A stretch of 64,000 nucleotides of DNA from an uncultured delta proteobacterium (GCA_963760795.1 CAVXEP010000018.1:15241-79240); one strand, 5' to 3'. Positions 37,401 through 46,775 are shown, counted from the stretch's first letter. Program-made: numbers and translations. Notes: generated from the letters alone by a model not told the origin.

Positions 37401-38333
37401 ATGCTGCGCATCGCCGTACCCGACTTAGTATCGAATTCTTATTTCCCGATCATCGCGGCCGTCGAGATGGGATTTTTCACGGAAGAAGGCTTCGACGCTT
37501 CCGTCGATCTATTATTTCCCATTCCAAAAACCTTCGAAGCGCTGCGCGATGGCGCCCTCGACTTCGTCGTCGGCTCGGCCCACGCGACGTTGCTCGCGTT
37601 CCCCGAGTGGCAAGGCGCCAAGCTGCTCGCCGCCTGCGGCCAGCATACTTACTGGTTTCTGGTCATCCGTAGCGATCTCAAACCGCAGCGCGGCGATTTG
37701 AGCATCGTTAAAGGCTTGCGCATCGGCGCCGCGCCGGGCGTCAATTTGAGCTTGCAGCGCCTGTTGGTCGAAGCCGGCATCGATCCCGACAAAAATAATG
37801 TTCAGATTATGCCCATTCCTGGCGCGGGAGGGCCAAACGTTTCCTTCGGCCTGTCGGCAGCCAAAGCACTCGAGGAAGGCACACTGGACGGTTTTTGGGC
37901 CAATGGCATGGGTTGCGAAGTGGCCGTGCGGCGCGGCATCGGCACCATGGTCCTCGATGTCCGCCGCGGCGACGGCCCGACGGCGGCACGTCATTACACG
38001 TTCTCTGCACTGGTGGCGACGGACCAGACGATCAAGGACAACCCGGCAGCAGCCCGTGCCGCGGTGCGCGCGCTGATGAAAGCTCACAAGGCTTTAAAGC
38101 AAGATCCCGCGCGCGCTACTGCGGTGGGCCAAAAGCGCTTTCCAGCCTCCGAAGCAGAACTGATCGCCGAACTGGTGCGCCGCGATCTGCCCTTTTACGA
38201 CCCGACGATTGCACCGGAAAAGGTCGAGAGCATGAACCGCTTCGCCCAAGACATCGGCCTGCTCAAGGCCCCGGCAGCCTATGACCAGGTGGTCGCGATC
38301 GAGTACAGCAGCCTTTGGCACGAACCCGTGTAG
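37401..38333 (+). CDS. NMT1/THI5-like binding-protein homolog without an obvious signal peptide
   Basis: GGAGA RBS plus ATG 37401 (MLRIAVPDLVSNSYFPIIAAVEMGFF...), LKGLRIGAAPG. Confidence 0.7.
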   Translation: MLRIAVPDLVSNSYFPIIAAVEMGFFTEEGFDASVDLLFPIPKTFEALRDGALDFVVGSAHATLLAFPEWQGAKLLAACGQHTYWFLVIRSDLKPQRGDLSIVKGLRIGAAPGVNLSLQRLLVEAGIDPDKNNVQIMPIPGAGGPNVSFGLSAAKALEEGTLDGFWANGMGCEVAVRRGIGTMVLDVRRGDGPTAARHYTFSALVATDQTIKDNPAAARAAVRALMKAHKALKQDPARATAVGQKRFPASEAELIAELVRRDLPFYDPTIAPEKVESMNRFAQDIGLLKAPAAYDQVVAIEYSSLWHEPV

Positions 38334-38542
38334 GCTGGCCCTGCTCATGAAACCATCCCTAGCGAATCGATTTGCCCAATGGGATTGAGAAATTGGCCCG
38401 CCGCGCGATCACTTGCGAGGACCGCTAAAAGCCTGCGCGCGAAATGATATTAAGGTGCTAAGTAGCCAAATCTAGAGACTTTACATAGTAAATAAACACC
38501 GATAGACTTATCACACAAGCGTCCCATTTATTTTTCACCAAC

Positions 38543-38570
38543 GGAACTTTTTGGTGCAAGCAAAGTCTAA
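38543..38570 (+). promoter_or_regulatory. ECF (sigma-E type) promoter candidate GGAACTT-N16-TCTAA
   Basis: GGAACTT at 38543-38549 and TCTAA at 38566-38570, with a 16-nt spacer, immediately upstream of the ECF sigma gene (autoregulation pattern). Confidence 0.45.
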
Positions 38571-38583
38571 CCCCTCTGAAACA

Positions 38584-39162
38584 ATGCAGTCAGACTCGAT
38601 CAGCGACGCCGAGTATGTCCAAAAGCTACAGAGCGGGCAGGTCGACGCTTTTGAGGCATTGATCCGGCGCCATGAGAAGACCATTTTCAACCTCGTCTAC
38701 CGCATGCTAGGCGATTATGACGACGCCGCGGAAACCACCCAAGAGGTGTTTCTTTCGGCTTACCGGGCCATTGGCCAGTTTCGCGGCGACGCCAATTTTT
38801 CCACATGGCTTTATCGCATCGCGCTCAATCATGCGACGACGCGGCGCAAGACCATGAATACTCACCATCAACGCCAAGTTCCCATCGAAAACACCGAACC
38901 CCTGAGCGATCCCCAACCCGGTCCAGCGGAATCCATGGAAAAAAAAGAAATACGTGAAACCGTGCAAAGAGCTCTAAACAGCTTGTCCGCCGATGACGCC
39001 ACCGTGATCCTTCTGCGCGATCTCCAAGACGTGTCCTACGACGAGGTCGCCCGGGTGCTCGAAGTGCCGGTGGGAACCGTTAAGTCACGCTTGCATCGCG
39101 CCCGGCAAGCACTCAAATCCGAATTAGCATCCTACTTCTACGCCGGAAGGAAGGCAGTATGA
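38584..39162 (+). CDS. ECF-subfamily RNA polymerase sigma-70 factor
   Basis: Region 2 (FEALIRRHEKTIFNLVYRMLGDYDDAAETTQEVFLSAY, STWLYRIALN) and region 4.2 (SYDEVARVLEVPVGTVKSRLHRAR). ATG 38584 is preferred because TTG 38551 lies inside the putative promoter. Confidence 0.85.
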   Translation: MQSDSISDAEYVQKLQSGQVDAFEALIRRHEKTIFNLVYRMLGDYDDAAETTQEVFLSAYRAIGQFRGDANFSTWLYRIALNHATTRRKTMNTHHQRQVPIENTEPLSDPQPGPAESMEKKEIRETVQRALNSLSADDATVILLRDLQDVSYDEVARVLEVPVGTVKSRLHRARQALKSELASYFYAGRKAV

Positions 39163-40268
39163 ACTGCGAAGAGGTCGCCAAGCATCTGACCGAATATCTC
39201 GACAAAAACCTCGACATGGCGATGACCACGCGGGTCGCGACCCATGTGATTTCCTGCGCCCATTGCCGCACCGAATCCAACGAGTTAGCCGATTGCATCC
39301 AGCAAGTGGCAACCTTGCCGGTGATGGAACCGCCGCTCGGCTTCGCTCAGCGGGTTATGGCCCAAGTGCGCGACAGCGAGCCGAAAGCGAGCCTGTGGCA
39401 GCGGCTGATTGTGCCGCTGACAGGTGGCATTCCAGTCCAGGCAACCGCCATGGCGGTGATCGCGATCTTCGCAGTAGTTTTCTATCAAAATGAACCAGCG
39501 TTAAAACAAAATCGTGAGGTCAATCTGGCGTTAAAATCTGCCAGCCCAGCGCCGATTAAAGAAAATGAACCAGCAGCCCCAACCGCCGCGGGCCAAGCTT
39601 CAGAGACGCGCCAAAAAACAGTTGCCCCAGTAAAGGCTCCCGCGGATCTTGCCAAGCGGAGCAGCGCAGAAACTTCGCCGCGCGCGTCGTCATCGTCACC
39701 AGCTGAATCGCCACAGCTTCGACCTGCAACGCCAGCGCCGTCACGAGCCGAATCAGAAATTGCCGCGGAAGAAAAGAAAGAAGCTCCCAGACGACCGCCG
39801 CTGCGGGTCCAAGAAGTGACCACGGCACGGGATTCCGGTTTTATTTTTGGCGATCGTCGAAGTTTTACTGGGTCGCAACCCGCGCCGATTGGGTTGGAGC
39901 GACCGATTGCGCTCGGCGATCGAGTTGCCGATTTTGAGTTCGTCGTACGCCGGCGCTCGCCCCAGCGCCGCGATACTATCGAAAATTTGAACAGCACAGA
40001 GGTAGAAGACTCGCCGGCTACGGCGCGCCGCCCATCAACCATGCCACAGACAGGGAGAGCCAGAATAGAATCTATCGCGGAAATAAGATTTTATGACGTC
40101 GCCCCCGAACACTTCGAAATTTTCAAAAAAGAGCTAGCCACAGAAGCCAACATAGAGTCAGAACCGAAGGTCAGCGGCAAGGAAATCGAAGCCGCCAAAC
40201 AAGCCGACCGCCAGTTATTGGTCAAAGTAACGATTTTACCGGTGGATCGTGCCACGCCAACCCGCTAA
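39159..40268 (+). CDS. Anti-sigma factor (zf-HC2), single-pass membrane protein with Pro/Ala/Ser-rich spacer
   Basis: 4-nt overlap with the sigma gene. HVISCAHC (Hx3Cx2C) motif; transmembrane segment GGIPVQATAMAVIAIFAVVF. Confidence 0.75.
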   Translation: MNCEEVAKHLTEYLDKNLDMAMTTRVATHVISCAHCRTESNELADCIQQVATLPVMEPPLGFAQRVMAQVRDSEPKASLWQRLIVPLTGGIPVQATAMAVIAIFAVVFYQNEPALKQNREVNLALKSASPAPIKENEPAAPTAAGQASETRQKTVAPVKAPADLAKRSSAETSPRASSSSPAESPQLRPATPAPSRAESEIAAEEKKEAPRRPPLRVQEVTTARDSGFIFGDRRSFTGSQPAPIGLERPIALGDRVADFEFVVRRRSPQRRDTIENLNSTEVEDSPATARRPSTMPQTGRARIESIAEIRFYDVAPEHFEIFKKELATEANIESEPKVSGKEIEAAKQADRQLLVKVTILPVDRATPTR

Positions 40269-40348
40269 AATTCCAGCCATCTTCTGAGAACTTCCAGTCG
40301 AAACTGCAGCTAATTTTTGGTCAAGATCGGGATATCCCGACAACGCGT

Positions 40349-40837
40349 TCAACCGACAAAGAGAGTATATTTGGCGCCGTTCAGATTGCTGAGGGGCTTA
40401 GGATGCAGCAAACGGCGGTCCGGCGCGAGGACCCGTTGGGCGATTTCCCAATTCACCGGCGGCAGTGGGGTGAGCTTGCCGATCTGTTCCAGCGAGAAAA
40501 ATTCTGCATGGTCGGTCTCATGGCCGTCGGGACACGGCTCGCCGGCGATGGGACGCAAAAGCAGGATCACGTAAACGCCATTGCCGCTGTCGGGATCGTA
40601 GCGGCTTCGCAAACCCAGGACAGCTTCGACTTCAGCCGTCACCCCCGCTTCTTCTTGAACTTCTCGGACCACGGCCTGTTCGATGGTCTCGTCGGGTTCA
40701 ATAAAACCGCCCGGCAATTGCCAATTACCTCGCCCATGGCGCGACGACCGGCGCACGAACAGTAATTTATCGTCGCGCACCACCGCGCCACCGACGCCGA
40801 TGTTGTAGCCAGTATTGTAGCGTTCAGGAATTGCCAC
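40349..40837 (-). CDS. NUDIX hydrolase
   Basis: Nudix box GGFIEPDETIEQAVVREVQEEAGV. Confidence 0.85.
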   Translation of the reverse strand: MAIPERYNTGYNIGVGGAVVRDDKLLFVRRSSRHGRGNWQLPGGFIEPDETIEQAVVREVQEEAGVTAEVEAVLGLRSRYDPDSGNGVYVILLLRPIAGEPCPDGHETDHAEFFSLEQIGKLTPLPPVNWEIAQRVLAPDRRLLHPKPLSNLNGAKYTLFVG

Positions 40838-40866
40838 TGGGATAAAAACCTTTCTGTTGCCGTAAT

Positions 40867-42049
40867 TTAACCGGGCAATTGAAACAATCGCTGCGCGTTC
40901 TTGTAGCGAATCAACTCTTTCGCGTCCTCGGAGATGTGCTTGTGGTCGCGCAAGAGCCGGACATCTTCGAATTTCATCCTGCCGCCGGGATCGTCATGGG
41001 GGTAGTCGGTGGCGAAGAGAAACCGCTCGGCGCCGAGAAATTCGATCGCTTCCGAAAGCTCCGGCTCTTCGGTCTCGATGGTGAATGAGAAATTATTTTT
41101 GAAATAGTAACTCGCGGGTTTGATATTCTTTTCGAGAAATAATTGCGCCGGATTGATCGCCCGCGCGCGCCGCAGCCGCTCGCCGACCTTGGTCAACGGA
41201 CCGCGGCTGTTGAGCGGATCTTCCTGGTCGTCATAATCCACCGGCGGGCTGTCCAAAATCTTATCGAGCCATTGAACTAAAGGTTTGATGAACGAAGTGC
41301 CGGCTTCGGTAAAAATAAACTGCAACTTCGGAAAGTCATCGAGCAAGCCGCTGGTGATCAGCGACACCAAACTCATCTGCCCTTCTTGGGGCGCGAAGAT
41401 ATACAACCCGTCGCGCTGGAAGATCGGCAGATTGCTCAACCGGTGGCCATGCTGGACATTATGCAGATAGATCGGCATCGACAGTTCTTCGGCACGTTTA
41501 AAAAACGGCCAAAGCTCGCGGTGGCTGCCGAGCGGCTCGCCGTAAGGATGATCCTTTACCGGATAAATTTTGTCGAGGACCACTGCGCAAAAGCCGCGAT
41601 CCTTGGCCCATTCCATCTCGCCGACCGCCCCGGCCACATCTTGCAGCGGCACCAACGCCACACCGAGAATCTTGCCGGAATATTCGCTCATCAAGCGCAG
41701 TAATGACTCGTTGTGCGAGCGCGCCATGCGGCAGGCGAGTTCCGCTTCGATCAGGTAAGACCACCAGCCGGAAAACTGCGGCAGCACGATCTGCCGATCG
41801 ATACCCAGCCGGCCGTCATAGTCTTTCATCCGCGCGACCGGATCCCAGAGGCTACGAAACATCGCCCCCGATCCCGGCGCCGGCAGCGGGCTCGTGCCGG
41901 TAACTTCCGATGGATAGCCGGGAAAGTCTACGTCAACGTAGAGCTCCTGGGCGTCGAACTTTGAGCGTCGGCTTAATCGTTTCCAGAACACCGTCGACGC
42001 CGTTGAAGGCGTCTCGCGGCATAAGGTGGGTATCGCAATCGATGATCAA
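40867..42049 (-). CDS. Amidohydrolase-2 family protein, paralog 4 (one apparent frameshift near 41960)
   Basis: GGAGG RBS 7 nt before TTG 42049 gives (M)IIDCDTHLMPRDAFNGVDGVLETIKPTLK. This joins FDAQELYVDVDFPGY... in ORF 40867..41991. The slip is at an A/T run. C-terminal motif ATDYPHDD. Confidence 0.75.
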
Positions 42050-42120
42050 TGTAGAGCCTCCGAAGTATGCATACGCTTCGGTTATAAGGCTCTCCCGCGC
42101 ACTATGTCAATTAGGCAGAC

Positions 42121-42146
42121 GAGGGCGGACCGGCAAGTCCGCCCTC
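42121..42146 (-). terminator. Perfect 10-bp GC hairpin after the coiled-coil gene
   Basis: gagggcggac-cggcaa-gtccgccctc. No U tract, so this is tentative. Confidence 0.4.
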
Positions 42147-42198
42147 TAATGAAAAGTTTCTGTCACCGGTTGCGATCGCGAAGTCTGAAGATATCCGA

Positions 42199-42754
42199 TC
42201 AGTCTCGACCGTGGCCCCAACCCCACCGGTCGGCAACGCGCCCGCGGCTACGATCGTCCCGGCGCCCCCAACCCCAAGCGTTGGTGTCATTACGTCCCAG
42301 ACGGCTGCGATCGTCCCGGCGGCCCCAGCCCCAACCGAGGGAGTCATTACGGCCCAAACGGTCGCGTTGCCCAACGTTAGTATCCCGACCGTACCAGCGG
42401 TCCCGATTCGAGCTCAACGTCTCAAGATTTTCGCTGATTTCACGATGATCCTGAGCCAGTTCTTCAAGGTCACGGCGAATCTCTTCACGCTTACGATAGA
42501 TTTCCTGACGGCTCGCGCCGCTGCGCTGGAGCCGCTCCAATTCGGCGCGATCGCGCTCAAGCTCGGTTTGATCCCGGCGCAGTTCAGCGTGGTCTCGCTG
42601 CAACTCGGTTGCTCTGGAGTTGCGAGCTCGTGCCGCTATCCCGGTCCAAATCCCTTTGCCGGCTGCGTGCGTCGGCGCTCGCTGAGTCGGGCGTCGCGAA
42701 AGCCAACAGCGATACAATCCCGGCGGCAAATAGTCCTTTTGTGGTTATGGTCAT
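42199..42754 (-). CDS. Secreted coiled-coil protein with ELxRD heptads and C-terminal WGWG(R/D)-rich repeats (one apparent frameshift near 42648)
   Basis: AAGGAGG RBS plus ATG 42754 (MTITTKGLFAAGIVSLLAFATPDSASA signal peptide). It joins ...ELQRDHAELRRDQTELERDRAELERLQ... and ends with the repeats GRNDSLGWGWGRRDDRSRLGRNDTNAWGWGRRDDRSRG. Confidence 0.5.
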
Positions 42755-42835
42755 TGTAAGAACCTCCTTGGCCAATTAGACGGCGCGGCCGAGCTAACGT
42801 TAACGAGGCCGCTTTAAAAATCCTTCGGCCGCCGT

Positions 42836-43624
42836 TTGCAGCGCGAACCTTCGCCGCACAATTCGCTAAAAATCGCCAGACCCCCCACCGGCGAGACCCG
42901 GGCGCGCGTCGCCTTTTTCTCTACCTGTTATGTGAACTACAACCAGCCCGAGATCGGCAATGACACTCTCGATGTCATGGGGCGCAACAATGTCTATGTC
43001 GCGCTGGCCTACGAGCGCTGTTGCGTATGCCGTTATTGCACAACGGCGATATGGACGGCGCCATCGCTGCCGCCGAACGCAATGTCGCCTACCTGTTAAG
43101 CTTTGTCGAGGACGGCAGAACGGTGATCGCGACCAATCCGACCTGCTCGCAGATGCTGCGCGTCGAGTATCCGCGCCTGCTCGGCAGCGACGCGGCCAAG
43201 ACGGTCGCCGCGGCGACCATGGATCCGATGGAATTTCTCGCCAAACTAGCGGCGGATGGCAAACTCAACAAGAAGTTTAAAACTAGCGCGGGAGCGATTA
43301 GCTATCATATCCCCTGCCACCTGCGCGCCCAAAACGTCGGCTACAAAACCCGCGATGTCTTGTCGCTCCTGCCGGATACCCAAGGTAAAGGTCGTCGAAG
43401 CGTGCTCCGGTCATGACGGCACTTGGGCCATGAAGAAAGAGAACTTTGAGAGGTCGCTTAAATATGGCGGCCGGGCGTTTAAGGAAATGGCCGAGAGTGA
43501 TCCCAAAGTCACCTGCTCCGACTGCCCGCTGGCGGCAATTCAAATCGAACAGGCCAACGGCAAAAGGCCGCTCAATCCGATGCAGATTTTGGCGATGAGT
43601 TATCGCGGCGAATCGATCGCTTAG
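42836..43624 (+). pseudogene. CCG-domain (HdrD/GlcF/GlpC-like) Fe-S oxidoreductase, 5'-truncated with two frame breaks
   Basis: RVAFFSTCYVNY...ERCC|GMPLLHNGD (break about 43022, missing G) ...YHIPCHLRAQ...LLPDT|KVKVVEACSGHDGTW (break about 43389, C run) ...CSDCPLA. No ferredoxin-type N-terminal domain; stops lie upstream. Confidence 0.65.
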
Positions 43625-43663
43625 AATCTCACAAGGCTCACGGGGCGACGACGATATTCCGGC

Positions 43664-44415
43664 TCAGCTAGCAACCGCGCTGGTGCATGACAAGTCGCTC
43701 TCCTGAATGCCGCAAACCAAAGCAACTTCGTCGCGGTAGAGTTGCCAAATTCTGAGCGCATCCTCCATCACCCGCACCACGGCGCCCCGGCGCAGCGGCA
43801 CGACATGATCCAAGATCGCGTTCCAAGCGGCGGCGCGGTGGCAGTCCTTCCACCTGTCGATGGGCTTTGGTCAGCGCTAAATGCTCCACCGAGAGTCCGT
43901 AATATTTCACCAGGGGATGTTCCTCCAGCGGCGGTGGCGGCTGATTTTTCCTGGCATCGAGCGCGGCTCTTTCAGCGCTCGATCCTTCGACAAAGATGGT
44001 GACGATTGCCGACGCGATATCCCAACCGAAGGACTCTGTCGCGGCGTCGAGAAAATTCACGGTAACGCTGCGCCGCCGGCAACAGCTGGATATTTTGAAA
44101 TCGGCTCAGGTCCATACCGAGGCCGCGGGGATATTCGAGAAAAAGCTCGGGGTGAGGCCGGCCGGCGACCAGGCCGCCGGTTTCTTCTTCGTAGAGATTC
44201 TCCGCCAAGCTGCGGCGAATCTCGGCGATGGGACAGCGAATATAGGATCGCCCAACGAGTATCGGAAAGTCGCGCACGTAGGTGCCATATTCTTGCTCGA
44301 AATGAAAATGCAGCCGATCTCTGGGCACGCGGCCTGAAGTAAAAGCCGGCCAGGCCCAATGATCCTTACGTTCCATCACACCGAGAAGCTGTTCGCGAAA
44401 GGTTTCCCGATTCAT
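43664..44415 (-). pseudogene. PqqC/TenA-like heme-oxygenase-fold 'iron-containing redox enzyme family' protein, two frame breaks
   Basis: GGAGG RBS plus ATG 44415 (MNRETFREQLLGVMERKDHWAWPAF...ENLYEEETG...HPELF). Break about 44053 (T/A run) leads into FLDAATESFGWDIASAIVTIFVEG. Break about 43870 leads into DHRRAAWNAILDHV...AVAS*. Confidence 0.65.
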
Positions 44416-44459
44416 CGAGACCTCCATTACCTATCAGGCTGTTGTCTATTACTACAACG

Positions 44460-44475
44460 AGCAACCTTAGTGCCA
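44460..44475 (-). promoter_or_regulatory. Consensus sigma-54 (-24/-12) promoter TGGCAC-N5-TTGCT
   Basis: The minus strand reads TGGCACtaaggTTGCT, about 45 nt upstream of ATG 44415 and divergent from the enhancer-binding-protein gene. Confidence 0.7.
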
Positions 44476-44778
44476 GCGAATAATTACGAGAAACACTTGT
44501 TTTCGTACCCAACATCCCGGCATCGGCGCGAAGCAATTGGAATGTATCGATGAATCGGGCCGCAGTGCCACAATGCTTATGGTCTGGCGGTAGCCATGCT
44601 GAGCTGTAGTCCGGAAACAAAGCACAATGCAGCCTAGGGGTTCGCCCTGGCTTCACCGTAGTGACGAACTGAGCGAATTATTGCAGACAATTCGATTCTA
44701 TTGTTGCCAGTTTAGCACTTTCGGGTGCAATAGGCCTTTCATTGGCAGATTTTTGCCAACTGTGTTAGGCAGGAAGAA

Positions 44779-46326
44779 ATGACTTCTAGTTACAGCGAAA
44801 AGCCTGCGCCACTGGCGAGCGGCACACCCGAACATGTCGATAAGTTGCGCGTCGTGCTCAATATTTGCCGGCGTATGAGTGCGATCACCGACCTGGCCTC
44901 GCTCCAGACCTTGATTACCCGCGAAGCCAAGGAGCTGTTGCAGGCCGATCGCGTCAGCGTTTTTCTTTTCGACCGCGACAACTGCGAGTTGTGGTCAGCG
45001 ATCTCTGAAGAAGGCAAGATCATGCGCTTCGACGCCCGCCTTGGTATTGCCGGCGCGGTGGCTATGACCGGGAAAGCCATCAACACGGCAAACGCCTACG
45101 AGCATCCGTTGTTTTACAAAGAAGTCGATATTGAAACCGGCTATCGCACCCGCAACCTGCTGGCCGTGCCGCTTTACAGTCTCGACGGCGCCGTCATCGG
45201 TGTCGGCGAAGCGACCAACAAAATCGGCGGCGTGTTTACCGACGCCGACGCCGAGATCCTGACGACACTGGCGGCCCAGCTCGCCGATGTGATCGAGAAC
45301 TCGCCGATTGCCAGCGAGCTCAAGACTCATAAGCAGGAACCGCGGAGCTACCCCGCCGCCGAATTCATCAGCGGCTTCGCCACCCAAAAGATCGTCGGCA
45401 TGAGTCATCGCATAGAGTCGATCATCCGCTTGATCGACCAGATTCGCCCAAGTTCGGTGGACGTCTTGATTCAAGGCGAAAGCGGCACCGGCAAGGAACT
45501 GATCGCCAAAGCGCTGCACTTCAACAGCCCGCGAGCCAAGTATCCCTTCGTCGCTCTCAACTGCGCGGCACTGCCGGACAACCTGGTAGAAACCGAACTT
45601 TTTGGCATCGAAAAAGGCGTCGCCACCGGCGTCGATCGGCGCATCGGAAAATTCGAAGCCGCCCATGGCGGCACCCTGTTCCTCGATGAAATTGGCGACC
45701 TGAGCCTGTCCGCGCAGGCGAAAATTCTCCGGGTGGTGCAAGAACGCTCCATCGATCGCATCGGCAGCCGAGCGCCGGTGCCGGTGGACGTGAGGATCGT
45801 CGCCGCCACCAATCGCGATCTTGAAACCGCCATGAGAGAAAAACTCTTTCGCGAGGATCTCTACTACCGGCTGAGCGTCGTGCGCATTCAGACGCCGTCC
45901 CTGCGCGAAAGCCCCGAGGACATTCCGATCCTGGCCAATCATTTCTTGCAAAAACATTGCAGCGCCAACCAGGTGGAACTCAAACAGTTCACGTCCGCGG
46001 CCATCGCTAGTTTGATGGCGTACGGTTGGCCAGGGAACGCGCGCCAACTGGAAAACGAAGTAAAACGCTTAGTCGCATCGGTGCGCAGCGCTGCCATCGA
46101 TGCCGAGCAACTGGTGCTAGAGAGCCGTAGCAGCCACGCGATTGCCAGACCGGCAGCCGAACCGTCGCCGGGGCAAACGCTAAGCCAAGCCATCGATGCA
46201 TTGGAACGGAAGATGATTCAACAAACCCTCGATGGCTGCAATGGCAACAAAGCCAAAGCCGCGCAGATACTCGGATTAAGCCGCCAGGGATTGATAAAGA
46301 AACTGCGGCGGCTAAAAATGGACTAG
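44779..46326 (+). CDS. Sigma-54-dependent Fis-family enhancer-binding protein with N-terminal GAF domain
   Basis: GAF region (aa ~25-170). AAA+ Walker A GESGTGKE, GGTLFLDEIGDL, RVVQER. C-terminal HTH NKAKAAQILGLSRQGL. The GAFTGA loop reads GVATGV (45616-45633). Confidence 0.9.
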   Translation: MTSSYSEKPAPLASGTPEHVDKLRVVLNICRRMSAITDLASLQTLITREAKELLQADRVSVFLFDRDNCELWSAISEEGKIMRFDARLGIAGAVAMTGKAINTANAYEHPLFYKEVDIETGYRTRNLLAVPLYSLDGAVIGVGEATNKIGGVFTDADAEILTTLAAQLADVIENSPIASELKTHKQEPRSYPAAEFISGFATQKIVGMSHRIESIIRLIDQIRPSSVDVLIQGESGTGKELIAKALHFNSPRAKYPFVALNCAALPDNLVETELFGIEKGVATGVDRRIGKFEAAHGGTLFLDEIGDLSLSAQAKILRVVQERSIDRIGSRAPVPVDVRIVAATNRDLETAMREKLFREDLYYRLSVVRIQTPSLRESPEDIPILANHFLQKHCSANQVELKQFTSAAIASLMAYGWPGNARQLENEVKRLVASVRSAAIDAEQLVLESRSSHAIARPAAEPSPGQTLSQAIDALERKMIQQTLDGCNGNKAKAAQILGLSRQGLIKKLRRLKMD

Positions 46327-46428
46327 CAGGTATGATTTTCGCCTCGGGAGACCAAGCGCTGTCGGCGCACCTGGCTCGCCGACACTTCAGTCATGCTGCG
46401 AGAAAGCACCACCCTGTCAATCCGGTGG

Positions 46429-46450
46429 AGCGCGCGACAACCCGCGCGCT
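46429..46450. terminator. GC hairpin between convergent genes (end of the NRPS-strand gene array)
   Basis: agcgcgcg-acaacc-cgcgcgct overlaps the stop of the small basic protein gene. Confidence 0.45.
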
Positions 46451-46689
46451 TAGCCGGCAAGCTTCTTGAGGTTTTCTTTAACCGCCGCCCGTAGCAGCGG
46501 ATTTCGCTTGACCACAGTCGAGTAGGCTTTGCGCGCCGCCGCAGTCTTCGCAGCCGCAGATTTAGCCTTTGACGCTTTCAACAGAGCTTGGACCGCGGCA
46601 TTCAAATCTTTGTTGGAGCTAATCAATTTGCGATTAGCTTTGCGCAATTTCGTCGCCGCCGCTGCCGATAATTTTACACCTTTGCCCAC
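46450..46689 (-). CDS. Small Lys/Ala-rich basic protein (histone H1-like composition), function unknown
   Basis: 79 aa: MGKGVKLSAAAATKLRKANRKL...KASKAKSAAAKTAAARKAY.... Assigned by composition only. Confidence 0.4.
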   Translation of the reverse strand: MGKGVKLSAAAATKLRKANRKLISSNKDLNAAVQALLKASKAKSAAAKTAAARKAYSTVVKRNPLLRAAVKENLKKLAG

Positions 46690-46775
46690 GTTGCACCTCT
46701 TTTGCCGTTGACGTTACATCGTCACACAATACTTCAGATCGACTGCCAATGAAATTATTTTATTCTTTCGCCAAG

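Noticed and set aside
42211-42759. 182-aa plus-strand ORF opposite the coiled-coil gene
   Set aside because: The minus-strand reading has a strong RBS, a signal peptide and coherent heptad and tandem repeats. The plus-strand translation is a Pro/Ala-rich mirror image.
44743-44757. Sigma-54-like site TGGCAGattttTGCCA 30 nt upstream of the EBP gene
   Set aside because: The GG-to-GC spacing is one nucleotide short of the -24/-12 consensus and the -12 element is TGCC. It would only fit if the T run is mis-sized, so it is kept as unsupported.
44995-46047. 350-aa ORF on the minus strand
   Set aside because: It is antisense to the well-supported sigma-54 enhancer-binding protein gene.
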